A stretch of DNA of 64,000 bases from Vicugna vicugna. Its lineage: Eukaryota. The stretch is from the NCBI GenBank assembly GCA_013265495.1, contig MU058065.1:1449527-1513526 (forward strand), read 5' to 3'. This document shows, in pieces, positions 12,671-26,129 of the stretch. A program made the translations under genes and the position numbers. The notes under the pieces were generated by a model. It saw only the letters and a list, made by a program, of their open reading frames with translations, was not told where the DNA came from and searched no databases. The first letter of the stretch is position 1. Every line of letters starts with the position of its first letter.

Positions 12671-13867
12671 ATAGCTAGGAGCTGCAAGTCTCAGAAGGCA
12701 TCTTGACTTCCAGGAGGGCCCTCAAGGACTTCCAGTTGTCCCCTACTGTGGGGACAGGCTTCTTTGAGGAAGGTTTAGTCTACATATGAGTCTTCTGATC
12801 AGTCTAGACAAAGGTATTTTGAAAGATGAAGGGCTCCCCTAGATGGGGACCGTTCTCCAACATCCACTGAAAAACTTTCCTTCCCTTCTGCTCCTCCCTT
12901 GTGAGAAGTGAGGCTCATGGTCTCCAAGGCACACGTGCAGCTTGCTCTGTCTGGGGCCAAGGTGGACCACGGGAGATACTCCACACATTTCTCCTCAGCT
13001 GTAAACTTCCCCAGGGAACATTGAGCCTACATTGGTCTTGAAAACTGCATGCCAAACGGACCAAAGTTCTTTGGGTCTTACTGAAAGACCATTTCACTAG
13101 TGAGCAAGTCTGCCCCTTGGGAGGCCTGGAGCAAACAGAGTTTCAGTGCCCATGAATTTAAGGTCTTGACATTCTTTCCCATTCAATTCAGTGTGTGAAC
13201 CAGCCAGTGGATCTGTTTATCCAGATGATAATTTAATTGTAGAGACTTCATTGCCATTCTCTGCCTACTAGGCTTTGTGAAGGGTCCACAGATTCATCTC
13301 AGTAAGTTTGCCTAACTTGTAGAGCTTCCTGTCTGAGAGTTTGGGCCCCTGAATCCTCCTGCAATTTCATCTGACCTTTCCCCAGAGCTCCATATTGTCT
13401 TTGCTTGGACCAAAAACAATGGATTCCAGCTTCCCTTGTCCTACCAAAACAAGAGAGGTCACCCAAGGTTCTTATTCCAAATAAATCTCCAAGTTGAATT
13501 GCCTTCTGGATCTCCAGACATGGAAGGAGATAAAATAGTTGTTTCTTCTCTAAAGTCCACCACACTGTACACCCTAATACAATTTTCAGGTTGCCCTAAA
13601 CCAGTATTTTCTGAACATATTTAATGATAACAAACACTTTAAAACAGATTTCCCAATCACTTCCCTACTTAGAATGTGGTTTACTAAGTCTGCATGAGAC
13701 TAAAGAATTCACACTTTTTAACAGGCCCCCATGTGATTACTATCATCATGCAAGACTGGGAAACACTGCCTTCAGCAGTCATGTGTTAGATATTAATTTA
13801 AAGCCTTTAATGAGGATGGAAATGGAGAAGGTTTATATGGTGGGCATACAGGTTTAAAACATCTGAG

Positions 13868-14416
13868 AGTTCAGATACCTCTTCAAGTTACTGATTTCAT
13901 TTCCTTTGGATATACATCCAGAAGTGGGACTGCTGGATCATATGGTAGTTCCAGTTTTAATTTTTTTCAGGAACGTCCATACTGCTCTCCATTATAGATG
14001 TACCAGTGTATACTCCTACCAACAGTGTGCAGAGGTTCCCTTTTTTCCACATCGTCACCAACACTTAACTTTGGCCTTTTTGATAATAGCCATTCTTATA
14101 GGTGTGAGATGTATCTCACTGTGGTTTGGATTTACACTTCCCTGGTGATTAACGATGTTGAGCATTTCTTCATGTATCTGTTGACTATTTGTATGTCTTC
14201 TTTTGAGAAATGTCTGTTCAGGTCCCTTGCCCATTTTTAAATCAGATTATTTGTTTTCCTGATATTCAGTAGTTTGAGTTCCTCACGAATTTTGGATATA
14301 ACTCCTTATCAGATACAATGTCTGCGAATATTTTCTCTGATTCCACCTCAACACTTCCTTGATTGTGTGCTTTTACTGTGCAGAAGCTTTTTAGTTTGAC
14401 ACAATCCCGTTGGTCT
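13868..14416 (-). mobile_element. L1 fragment (ORF2 3' region, L1MA-like)
   Basis: ctgatttcatttcctttggatatacatccagaagtgggactgctggatcatatggtagtt...gtgcagaagctttttagtttga. Confidence 0.9.
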
Positions 14417-16287
14417 CCTGAAGAAAAATCCTATGAAGTATTTCCCAATTCTTAACCTTCCGAAGTGGCAGTGCAGTGGATGTGCAGGGGATTTGTTTTT
14501 AGGAAAACCTTGATTCTATGCTCCTGTTTCTTCCACTTACAGGTTGGATGACCTTGACTAAACACAAACATTTCACACACATTTACTGGATAACATTCTA
14601 TGCCAAACACTAGCTTCCAAGATTTCATGAAGGAGTCCTACAGGAGAGGCAGAAAGCAAACAACTTCCACTGTAAAATGTTGTAACTACAGGAAAGAAGC
14701 ATGCGATGGGTTTAAGGTGCTCACAGTCTGGCAATCAAGGAAGGCTTCAGTGAGGAAGTGATGTCTCTGCAGATTTACTGGACCTCCTGAGCCTCATTGT
14801 CCTCATTCTGTACAATGGGAATAAAAGCTTTACTGCACTGGGTGGTTGTACAGATTAAATAAATTAATCTAGCACATTCTTGGTACTCAACAAGTATTAA
14901 CCTCTGCCTCCCCTTTTTTTTTTTTTTTTTTTGGTTAAGGAATCCTAAAAACCATCAATGGAAAGGAACACAGAGGACATAACAGAGAGAGAAGCTTCTC
15001 CAAGTATAATAGGTATAAAGCAATAATAACTAATGGACCTTAACCTTTCATTCTAAATATAAAACGAAATCTCCCCAGGTGCTGCCTTCTCTATTTGGTC
15101 TTCATTTAATCGTACATTATTTCAGAGCAAGAATTGCTTCCTCCCCATTTTGTGCAGTGCTGTGCCCTGTATCCAATATGCAATGAGTAAATTTTATTTA
15201 AATTAAATTGACACACACACTCATAGTCCATATCTTGCAAGTCATGTCTAATCATTAATCCAATCGAAAACCCTATAAGGAGGTTATGTTCCTCCCATTT
15301 AATTATCCCTGGTTTATAATCCACAGTCGAGGAAATCCGGAGATTGAAGCCTTCTTGCTGGCCTAATCAGTAGCTAATGAAGATTTAAATGAAGGCTTCC
15401 TGGTTTCCTTTCCTTTAACAGAGATGCCAGTCCATTTTTCCCAGTTGATGGCTAATTCATTAAAAAAAATCATTAAAAGGAATTAACAATTCTATCCTCC
15501 TCTGATAAACACATATTACATTTCAGAAGTAGACCTTAGCTTGCTTAATGTAACAACAATAGAGCATCTTAAAATTTTGCATCCTGGAAAACAACAATAG
15601 ATTTTAAAGGTGCAAAAAAAAATTCCTTTAGTAAAATAATCAAAAGTCAGTTTCTTTATATAACTCGGTTGATCTGTTATTTTTAAGCTTTTGAAGCAGT
15701 TAAAGATTTTTAGGTAGTTGGAGATTTTTTTTTTTTTTTGGTCTGGATTTTCATTTGTTGTTTTTAGCTTTTATGCTGTGGCTATATTTGTAAGAGTTTC
15801 CACCAGTAACAAAAGAAGCATGCTTTATGACTTTCACATTAAAACTTCGCCAAGTTTATTATACAACAAGCACACCTAGGCTAAGCTGGAGCACACAGCA
15901 GACCAGCAACGCCTGGACTGTTAGACCGTGCTCACTATTAGACTCTAATCCAGAGATTGTCAAGGTTGACACTTACATGTCTGCTGCCAGCACAGAACTC
16001 TACACATTTTTAACTAGTTCTGAAACTTAACATTTTGGAGATTCCATGTGAAACATCTGGATTTCCAGCTTCTTTTGAAAAAAATAGGTAGATGAGGCCA
16101 CACACTCCTGCACAATCACTTCTGGCTGGAACGGAGGGGTGGCTACCTTTTTAGGAGGGATAATCGATGTGGCATCAGACCCCCTCTTCCTTCCCTCATT
16201 TACTGCTCCTTCCCGCCCTGAAGGCAATCCTAACACCCTCATGTTGCCAAAAAGGACGTTTATCCAGAGTAAACAGCACAAATGACT

Positions 16288-16723
16288 TCTAGGCTGCGGA
16301 ATAAATAACCTCACAAGCTCAGCAGCAAACAACAACAAGCATTTGTTTGGCTCCCATGTCTGAGGGTCAGCTGGGTTCAGATGATCTAGGCTGGGTTCAT
16401 CTGGGGTGGCTTGGCTTGTCTCCACTTGTCACTCATTCTCCCCCTAGTCTCAGCACACCAGCGGGGCAGCTTCTTCTCAAGGCAGTGACAGAAATGGAAA
16501 AAAGCCAGGGGAACACATGAGCTCTCTGAACATCTAGGTTCGCAGCTAGCACGCCTTCACATCTGTTTCCTTCAAGTGGGCAAAGCAAGTCATGTGGCTA
16601 AACTAATGTCAAAGGAATGGGGAAATGAGCACTGCCCCTTTAATGGAGGGAACTTCAAAATCACATCACGGGTGGGAGCAGGGGGAACATTAACTAATTA
16701 GAGGCAGTAACCCAATCTACCAC
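16288..16723 (-). mobile_element. MaLR LTR (MLT1-type)
   Basis: aacaacaagcatttgtttggctcccatgtctgagggtcagctggg...caaagcaagtcatgtggctaa...aatctaccac. Confidence 0.7.
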
Positions 16724-19215
16724 TGAAGGGGTAGTCAATCACCCATTGCCCACAGTCTCCATCAAACCTAACTTCACTCATTCACCTTCCAAATCCACCA
16801 CGGAGCCCTCTGATTTGGAGACATTTGGTCTGATCTCATCAGACAGGCAAGGAAACTCGAGCGGAGCCAACAGGGTCAGAGAACCTGCCTCTTCACCTCG
16901 TCTTCTTTGCTTCTCAGTTTGATGAAGGAGCACCATTCTCCTACCTGCGTGAAATAACTCATCGCTCAGTTTTTGCCAAGACCACTTCATATTTGGAGCG
17001 AGCTATATTAAAGCTTGAAAGGCGTTAACAAAGCTGGACCACAAATCACTCATTAGGATGAGTTCTAAGTTCTCACAGCAATCTCTTCCTTAATAATTCT
17101 CTGAGTCTAATTGCATCTTACATGGAAATTTGGCACTGGAGGCCTCCATTAGGGAAGCAAGAGCTTCTTACAAATTAGGCAGCATTATTTACTTTAGGTT
17201 GGAAAATCTCAGCAGGCTTCCTTTTAACTTTCAGAATTGTAGTTTTTCTTGTTCTCTGCTTCTAAGACTTGATACTTAAAAAAAACTATACCCCAAAAGC
17301 TAATAAATCAGTAAATCGCTAATGAATGAAGAAAAGAGAAACAAAGCTTAGTAAATGAATTTTAACGTGCCAATTTGGAATAGCATTTATAAATGACCAT
17401 GGGGATTCCTTAATTCTTTACAAAGGAAGCCCCAGTCAAAGGAACAGAAGTTCCTTTTTCTTGTACCAAGAGTCCTCCCACAGTCCTGCCTCCTCTCTTA
17501 GCCTGCAGAGGTGAGCAGCACCCCAAAGGCAGCAATCCGAAAGCCCCCCGAGCTCTGTTTGCTGAGCCTAGAGACAGCCCCAAATATCCAGCTCCCAATG
17601 GTTTTCTAGGACCCAACCCTCATAGCTTTCACTTTCCAGACACACTGTTGTCACTCAGGCAAAATCTCCCTCCCACCCCACAAAATGAAGAGGCACAAAT
17701 GCAGAAATCAGAAACCTGGAGTGTACCAGCAGTTCAAAAGATTGGGAAGCTTCCAAACCACCCACAGTCCAAAAATTCACAGTATCAATCACCCACTACC
17801 ATGCGCATGCACCTCACAGTGTTCCAGTCCTTTCAATCTCTTGACCTGTGATTCATCCCCAGGTTTATTTTGTTTTCTTGGTGGCAGGTAGATTGTGGAC
17901 AAGACAAATGGAAGTTTCTATGTCTCTCCTCCCCTCCTTCCAAGTCTAGAGTAAACTACTTTTTTCTCTAAAATCTTTCCCAACTATGACATAAATATTT
18001 TGTCAACAGCTTTGCTGATTCAAGTCTCTCCACGTTAGCTAATCCGCTGAGTCAGGCCACGCTGGCTTCTCGGCCCTGGCTCACACCTCCATCTCCTGTG
18101 AGCATTTCACGTTTACCATCATCCTTCCCCAAGGAGAGTGCCGTGAAGAGAGAGAGAAATTCATCCAACAACGGGATACTGAAGAATTCCATAAGGGGTG
18201 TGTCCCTCTGTGAATTTCAATATACCCCTCAGGGATGAGAAACAGAATTCATAAAGCACTGTATTAGGTGCTTTTGAGGATTTAAAATCACTTGAACCAC
18301 ACAACCATGGTGAAAGTTCGCATTTTCATTTTGTAAAGCAGGTGAGGAGGGGACTTAAAGTTGAGAGACATGAAGTCACTTTTTCAGAGTCACATTTAGT
18401 AAGAAGCAGGGCTTTTATCCTGGGGGAGGAAGACTTCGGACACTGCAAGTCCCCTTTGTCCTTGATTAAATATTGTAACCATAACCCCTTTCAGTGCCTG
18501 TAAATATACCTGAGGAATAAAACCAAAGCTATCTGTCTTCCAAAACAGTTGACTTTGCCGTTACACGCTTATACTTTGGCTTGCTTGTTTCTCTGAGATG
18601 GTTTCTGAACATATTTTAAAGATATTTGGGAAAGGCATTAATACTGCCTGAGTGTATTTTCCTACAAGAATTCTTTAGCACAAGTTGACTAGTGCCAAGA
18701 AGCTTGGAACCCAAGAGCAGGAGACGTTTCCAATGCCTTGCTTTTGGATAATTCCAGAAATTGTGCCAATGAGTACAAAACCCGCCTTCTTCATCCAACT
18801 GTGAGAGAGACAGACAGAAGGGGAAACTGAGAATGTGAGTGTGGGACAGGCAGGGTTCAGAAAGGCTCGCCACATGGCCAGTCCTATTCTGTAGATTTCA
18901 GCGGCCACAGTGATGGGGAAAACCAGTTTCCATGCTCTCCTGGGCGTAGTTGCAATAAAAGTTTCATCTCTGCCTTTTCCTACTTTTTCCTACCCTTAAG
19001 GATTAAATATATACTTTTGCAAGGAAGGAGTGCTACAATATAAAATTCTGTGAATATGACAGTTTTTGTCCCAGTTTTTGGTCTCAGGAAGTCTACTCTA
19101 AAATCTAACCATAGTCCCTAGATCTCTTATCGTTATTTGGCATGCTCTATAAGCTTCTTTGCATGATATGAATGCAATAAACAAGTTGATTACTAAGAAT
19201 TAATAAGAAACAAAT

Positions 19216-19708
19216 TGTGACAGCCAGGGAGGGCTTTGTGTAATCCCCTTGCCTTGAATGCGGTCGGCCTAGTAACTTGATTTTTAGCCAATGCAATGCC
19301 CCAAAGATGATGAGATGTCACTTCCATGATTACACAACGTAGGACAGTAGCTTCTATCTTGCTTGCAGACTCCCTTTTTGACTTTGATGAAGCAAGATGT
19401 CTTAAAGGGAAGGCCCAGGCAGCAAGAAATCAAAAACCATCGAGGAACTCTGCCCAACTTCCTGCAAGAAGTGGAACCTTGCCAATAATCATGTAAGCCT
19501 GGCCGTAAATGCTCCCCCAATACAGCTGTGAGACCTCAGTGCTTACTCCATTTTGATAGCAGAAGAGTAAGGGTATCTGAGTCTGCAGCACCCAGCTGAG
19601 CTAAGTCCAGATCCCTGATTCACGGAGATCATGAGATGATGAATGTGGGCTGTTTTAATCCAGTCAGTTTGGGGGATATTTTTGACACAGCAATAAATAA
19701 CTAATACA
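19216..19708 (+). mobile_element. MaLR LTR (MLT1E/F/G-like)
   Basis: TG start; tgtgtaatccccttgccttgaatg...gatgtcacttccatgatta...cacagcaataaataactaataCA. Confidence 0.8.
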
Positions 19709-20460
19709 CCTCGCCTTAAACACAAAACATATATCGATTATCTCTTAGATGAGTAGTTTATCTTTCTCTCATACTCCTGAATGGAAAAACAAAATTAGTG
19801 GAATTGAGTAATGGATAGGAAAATGGAGATACCAAGATAAGGCAGAAATGTTTTAAAGCCCTAAAATGGATACAGACAGCAGGAGCGAATTGCTGCAAAA
19901 CTTTGGTGTAAATTCACTGTTTGGACATAGAGATGCCTTTGGGCAACGCAGTGTGAATTTCAGAACCAACTGCCTGTTAGTTTGAAGTAGTATCAGTGGA
20001 TCTCTGATGTAAATTTTCTGTCAATATTGTAGTCCAAAAATGAACCTAACCCTGAACTCCTTGAAAAAAAAAAAAAAGAAAGAAACTCTTCTCTTACCAT
20101 AGCCCAGAATTTCCACTGCTTCTTAAAGTTAAAATAAGAGCACAGATAAAAATCACTCAATGGCCAATGACCTACATGAATCAGGATGAACAAATTCAAA
20201 GATGCTTGAATTCTTGTCCACGAATTCAACAGATGGTGTGCTAGATCTGGCTTTGAACCAGCTCCAGAGAGACAATCGTATGTACCTATTCTCAAGGTTG
20301 TGTTCAGGGTCATCTTGGTAGCTTAAATTTGGCTAGAAAAGGAAGATAATGTATGGAAGGCAATGCAGAGAAGCAGACAGGAACTGGACCCTAGATAATA
20401 CCTCTGAGCCACTAAGTTAATCAAACATAGAAGCTGCTCTATGTCTGAACCTTCATGTCT

Positions 20461-20532
20461 GAAACGAACAAATAAAAAATCCTCTTTATTATTTTTGAGA
20501 CGAACAAACAAAAAATCCTCTTTATTACTTTT
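20461..20532. repeat. 36-bp tandem duplication (2 copies, 3 mismatches)
   Basis: gaaacgaacaaataaaaaatcctctttattattttt followed directly by gagacgaacaaacaaaaaatcctctttattactttt. Confidence 0.9.
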
Positions 20533-21225
20533 GCACATTTGAGTTGGATTTTCTGTGTCTTAAATGAATCCATCTCAATTTGGGGGCGGGGGCGGGGAAT
20601 TGAAAATCTACTCAGTTTTTTTGAAAAGTTCCAGATCACAGTCTGTTCTGTGCAACCTGCCTTCCTGATTGCCTGCTACAGGATAATGATTTCATGCTAG
20701 TTGACAGTTTTGATTGGAAACATCAAGGATATTTATAAAATGACAGGATCAAAGTTGCTTCTAAAAATATAGACATAATTTTTTAGTGTTGGAAAGTTTG
20801 GCATGGATATTTTAACAACTTTATCTTTATTCTTCATTCAGCTCTTCCAATACTCTCAAGCTAATGGGTAAATAAGATTTACTAATTGACAAAAGAATCA
20901 AACCTTTCCCAGTGAGAAGAAAAAATACAGAACTTGGTCTTGCCATAGCTTTTTGATAAGAGCTTATGAAAACCATAGCCGTCAATTCCACTTTACAAAT
21001 CACGGCATGATTAGTGACTATCACTGCTATTTAACTGGTAAAAGAGTGAACAAACTTACTCCTCCTCCAAGTGGAGACAAGAAGAAACTTTTTTATTAGG
21101 GAGTTCAGTAAAACAAAAGAAAATTTTGAAAAAATAAACATATATTTTCAAACTAGGTAGTAAACCTAAGCGTTTGGGCTGCTCCCAAAGCTATAAGCAT
21201 AACACATGGGAGAAAAGAGGTCTGC

Positions 21226-21719
21226 TGTGATAGGCTGAAAAATGCCCTCCCCCCTCACCCTACCCGTGTTCTAATCCCTGGGACCTGTGAATGTTGCCTT
21301 ATGTGGCAAAAATTGTCTTTGCAGATGTGATTAAATTAAAGATTACTGAAATGAAATTATTTATCTTGGGTTATCTGGCTGAGACCCAAATGCCATCACA
21401 GGTGTCCTTAGGAGAAGCAGAAGGAGATTTCAGACAGACAGGGAAGAGGAGAAAGTGATATGAAGATGGAGCAGAGAGAGCTTGGATGACGCTAAGTTGC
21501 TGGACTTGAAGACGGAAGAAGAGGACACGGACCAAGGAAAGCAAGAAACAGCTCTAGAAACTGGACCATGCAAGGCTAACAGCTTGACTTCATCCCAGTA
21601 AAACTGACTTTGGACACCTGACTTCTAAAACTGAAAGAAGAGACATGAGTGTTGTTTTTACCTAGTATTAGAAACCACATCAAGTCTGTGGTACAACAGC
21701 CACAGGAAATAAAGAGACA
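21226..21719 (+). mobile_element. MaLR LTR (MLT1C/D-like)
   Basis: TGtgataggctgaaaaatgccc...ctaatccctgggacctgtgaatgttgccttatgtggcaaaa...tttgcagatgtgattaaattaa...cagccacaggaaataaagagaCA. Confidence 0.85.
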
Positions 21720-23010
21720 TAAAAAGATAAAGGTCTCCAAATACATTTTTTCTGAAGGCATACTGTTACTCCATCTGGAGATTTACAACACCAGAGTCTT
21801 CACGAGCCCATCAAATGACTTGTATGTTACCAAAAGACGTCATGAATCCCCTGGCTGGACAGAGAGGCAAATAATTCCTTAAAAACAAACATTGAACACT
21901 GTAATTTTTGTCTGTTGTTAACATTAGAATATCAGTGAGCAAAATAAACTATAGAGGAGAAGTAATAAAATGTTTGAGATGTGTTGTTCTAAATATTTGA
22001 AAATGTTTCCTCATGTGATAGCAGTACCTGCCTCAGTTGGATTCTAAGCAGTAATGGGTCAGAACAGATGACTGCTCCCAAACTACCTTTCTGTATATTC
22101 ATCCTTGATTTTTGGTACTTGACAAAGAGATACTATCAATATCAATGAACTATCAATTTTAGACTATTGTTAATTTTTACTTCTGAAACACATCGGTAAA
22201 CGTCTAAATAGTGCCCTAAACTGTGATAAGTTATCATTCTTAAATGACAGAATTCTGAAAGTCAAGAGTGCATTCTTCCATGTCTCTATTTTTGCAGTTG
22301 AATGGAAGCTTCATTTGTTTATTCCAAAGGTGATGCCAAACTCTGATTTCCAACTCTCAAGAAAAAGAATAAAAAATACAGGCTACCTTGAACTCTGTAG
22401 GAGACCAATGCAGGTCACACTATGATACATTCCCTTAACACTTAGTAACCCTCCTTGACAGGACCCCTCACAATTGTAACTAATAATCAATTGTGTAATT
22501 CCTTACATGATGTCTTTCTTTCTCAGCTAGCATGGGTCCCAGGAGAGGAGGATGCACATATATCTTACTTACCTTTAATCTTCAATGCCTAACACTATCT
22601 GGCTCATACTAAAACATCCGCTGAATGAATGGATACAATGAACGTATGATACTGTTCTTGTTCACTGAGTTCACTAAGTTGAATGCCTATTTCTGATATT
22701 AATTATTGCATAAATAGTTGGGAAATCTGTGTCAAATGTCATAGGTCCCACTTGAGAATATGTCAATCTTAATACATTTTAAAATATTTTATTTACATTC
22801 TTTAAATATTACAGGGAGGATAAAGTCAGAAATATCGGGCGTAGGTATTAAACACATTGTCAGCAAAACATTGCATGACACAGAGAATACAGTATCATTA
22901 TCCAGCACTTTGAATATCAAATTAACAATATAAGTACCAGACAGGGGTTTTTCTCTCAGATAATTTACAACTTTATTACCTCATAATAAATGAGAATGAT
23001 ATGACTTTTT

Positions 23011-23658
23011 TTTGTCTGTTTTGTTTTGTTTTGTTTTAATTGAAGTATAATCAATTACAACGTGTCAATTTCTGGTATTCAGCCTAATGTCCCAGTCACA
23101 CACACATACACATATATTTGTTTTCATTTTTTTTTTCATTAAAGGTTATTGCAAGTTACTGAATATAGCTCCCTGTGCTATACAGAAGAAATTTATTTTG
23201 TATCTATTTATATATATCTTTTTATTAAATTATAGTCAGTTTACAATGTGTCAATTTCTGGCATACAGCATAATACTTCAGTCAAACATGAACACATATA
23301 TATTCATTTTCATATTCTTTTTTCACCATAAGTTACTACAAGATATTGAATATAGTTCTCCATGCTTTACAGTATGAATTTGTTGTTTATCTATTTCATA
23401 TGTATATATATTAGTTAGTATCTACAAATCTCGAATTCCCAATTTATCCCTTCCCACCCCCTTCCCTCACTAGTAACCGTAAGTTTGTTTTCTGTGTCTG
23501 TGAGTCTGTTTCTGTTTTGCAAATAAGTTTATCTCTTTTTTTAGATTCCACATATAAGTGATATCATATGGTATTTTTCTTTCTCTTTCTGGCTTACTTC
23601 ACTTAGAATGGCAGTCTCCAGGTCCATCCATGTTGCTGCAAGTGGCATTATTTTAGAA
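23011..23658 (-). mobile_element. Young L1 3' end with two tandem terminal units, bounded by a 16-bp TSD
   Basis: T-rich/(TTTTG)n tail then antisense L1 3' UTR. aatgatatgacttttt at 22995-23010 and 23659-23674. Confidence 0.9.
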
Positions 23659-24505
23659 AATGATATGACTTTTTATTCACATATATTAAGAAAAATTATT
23701 TTATTGGCCTTTAAGATACATAAAGTAAGCTTCCAAAGTAAAATATTTGCAGATGATTGTAGTCAAATTCAGATCAAGACAATATATATCAGTAACTACC
23801 TCATGAATGTACATTGGAGGAAAATGAGATATAAAGATGCTGTGGAAGATAACAAAGGGAAATGACATCGTTCCTGCCACAAAGAGACTAAAATTATTCA
23901 ATGTGGAGGTGATTCAGAAAATCAGCCCTAAGGGGACTGCCCATCCTCCTCCTCCATCCCCCTCCACCCCTTCCAGCCCCTGTGCACACACACAACTCCC
24001 ACCAACCTCCCTCGCTGTTAAATAAGCAAGGTGTGTTGGTCTGGTCAGGGAAGGCATCAAAAGAAAAAATGGCTTGAGCTGCGATTTGAATGATGGTTGG
24101 AAGTGAGATAAGCAGAGAGAAAATTCCAAGCCAAGGATATCACTTTGAAAAGAGCTGCAGAAATAAGAAAAATAACATAAAGCATATTGAAGATAATGAA
24201 TAGGCCTAGTGGACCATATATCTTAGTAAGGACGTGCAACATAAGCTATTGGGATTAAAAACTTCTACCCTGTTCTAGCTGCTTAGCGACCTTTTCCCCC
24301 TTCCTGCCCCAGGGAGTGCATACTTTTTTTAGCCTTTCAGGGCTGGCCTTGAAGAAAAGCCCCAATCATGCTGTTGAGGGATGAGGTTGGAATTGCTCCA
24401 CATTGAAAAGCTGATCCCTGGACTAGAGACAGAAATCTGACCCAAAAAGGGAGTGATCATTCTGAGACTGCAAAAATGACATGAACTTTTTAGAGGAGCC
24501 TGTGA

Positions 24506-25228
24506 GCAATTTACATTCCACCAACAGTGGACAAGGGTCCCTTTTCTCCACATCCTTGCCAACATTTGATATTTGTGTTCTTTTTGATGTAAATTGCTAC
24601 AGCCACTGTGAAAAACAGTGTAGAGGTTTCTCAAAAAAGTGAAAATAGAACTACCATATGACCCAGCAATCCCACTCCTGGATATGTATTCCCCCAAAAT
24701 AAACACTGAAGCAAAAAGACACAGGCACCCCTATGTTCATTCTGGTATTATTTACAGTTGCCAAGATATGGAAACAACCTAAGTGTCCATCAACATATGA
24801 ATGGATAAGGAAGATATAGCATATACACACACACATATATATATACACATACACAATGGAATACTACTCAGACATAAAAAAGAACAAAATTTTGCCATTT
24901 GAGGCAACATGGATGGACTTGGAAGGCATTATGCTAAGTGAAATACGTCAGACAGAGAAAAACAAATAATGTATGATATCACCTATATGTGGAGTCTAAA
25001 AAAAAAACAAAGTTGTGAATATAACAAAAAAGAAGCAGACACAGATATAAAGAACAACTAGTGGTTACCAGTGGGCAGGGGGGAATATAGGGGTCGGGGA
25101 GTGAGAGGTACAAACTATTGGATGTAAGATAGGCTCAAGGATATATAGTACAATGTGCAGAATAAGGCCAATATTTTGTAATAACTGTAAATGCAGAGTA
25201 ACCTTTAAAACTGTATATATAAAAAAGA
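24506..25228 (+). mobile_element. L1 3' portion with inverted 5' segment (24506-24588 antisense, remainder sense)
   Basis: Antisense caatttacattccaccaacagtg...ttttctccacatccttgccaaca joined to sense atgtaaattgctacagccactgtg...gaactaccatatgacccagcaatccc and a 3' UTR. Confidence 0.9.
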
Positions 25229-25259
25229 GATCAGTATGAAAATGACATTTAAAAAGTAA

Positions 25260-25630
25260 AATACAAATGTCAAACTCATGGTAACAGAGAGTAGAATGGT
25301 GGTTACCAGGGGCTGGGAGCTGGGACTAATGGAGAGATGCTGGTCAAAGGGTATAAACGTTCAGTTATCAGGTGGATAAATTCTGGAGACTTAAGTTATA
25401 GCATGATGGCCATGGTTAATAATAATGTTCTGTATGCTTGAAATTTGCCAAGACAGTAAATCTCAAGTGTTTTCACCCAAAAAAAGAAGCTGACTATGTG
25501 AGATGTGGGATATGTTAGTTAGCTTGATTGCATAATTATTTCACAATGTGTGTGTATATACATATATATATATATACATATATAATACACAATGTGTATT
25601 AAACATCACATTGTCCACCTTAAAAAAAAC
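25260..25630 (+). mobile_element. Older L1 3' UTR (L1MA9-like)
   Basis: acagagagtagaatggtggttaccaggggctggg...ggtcaaagggtataaac...cttgaaatttgccaaga...aacatcacattgtccaccttaaa. Confidence 0.8.
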
Positions 25631-25639
25631 TATTTTGGG

Positions 25640-26110
25640 CTTTGTTGAGCCTCTTTCTTGTGTGTTTTTATTCTATTTCATTAACTTGTGCCATCACTTT
25701 TATTATTGCCTATTTTCTATTTTCTTGGGTTCATTTTGCTATTGCTTTTAGAATCTCTTGTAAAGGATGTTGTTAATTTTTAGATTTTTTAATTAATATA
25801 AGTAAAAACATAAATTTTCTTCAAAGTGCTGATCTAACTACACCTCACAAGATGTTATATTTGATATACATGTTGTAGATCAGTTCAATCTATTTTCTAA
25901 TTTCCATTATGATTATTTACCATTGAGACCGTTTAGAAGTATTTTTCTTAATTTCAAAATATGTGGAAATTTTAAAGTTATATTCCTACTATCGAATTGT
26001 ATTATTTTTATACTGTGAAAGGGAAGAAATGTTGTAGGATTCTAATTCTTTGATATATTTTATGCATTCCTTTTTGTCCAAGTATCTGTTCATTTTTATA
26101 TATGTCCCAT
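25640..26110 (-). mobile_element. Old L1 ORF2 fragment
   Basis: T-rich antisense L1 signature (ttctatttcattaacttgtgcc...tattttctaatttccattatgatt...tttagaagtatttttcttaatttcaaaata). Confidence 0.65.
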
Positions 26111-26129
26111 ATATTTTAAATGCATAAAA

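Noticed and set aside
13906..14240. ORFs such as MDIHPEVGLLDHMVV and similar ORFs at 23-26 kb, 36-37 kb and 42.5 kb
   Set aside because: These are translations of L1 fragments.
20461..20532. CRISPR-like 36-bp repeat
   Set aside because: Two directly adjacent copies, no spacers, no cas genes, eukaryotic context.
24473..25248. aaaatgacat repeat as the TSD of the inverted L1
   Set aside because: Neither copy abuts the element boundary, and a 10-bp AT-rich match can be chance.
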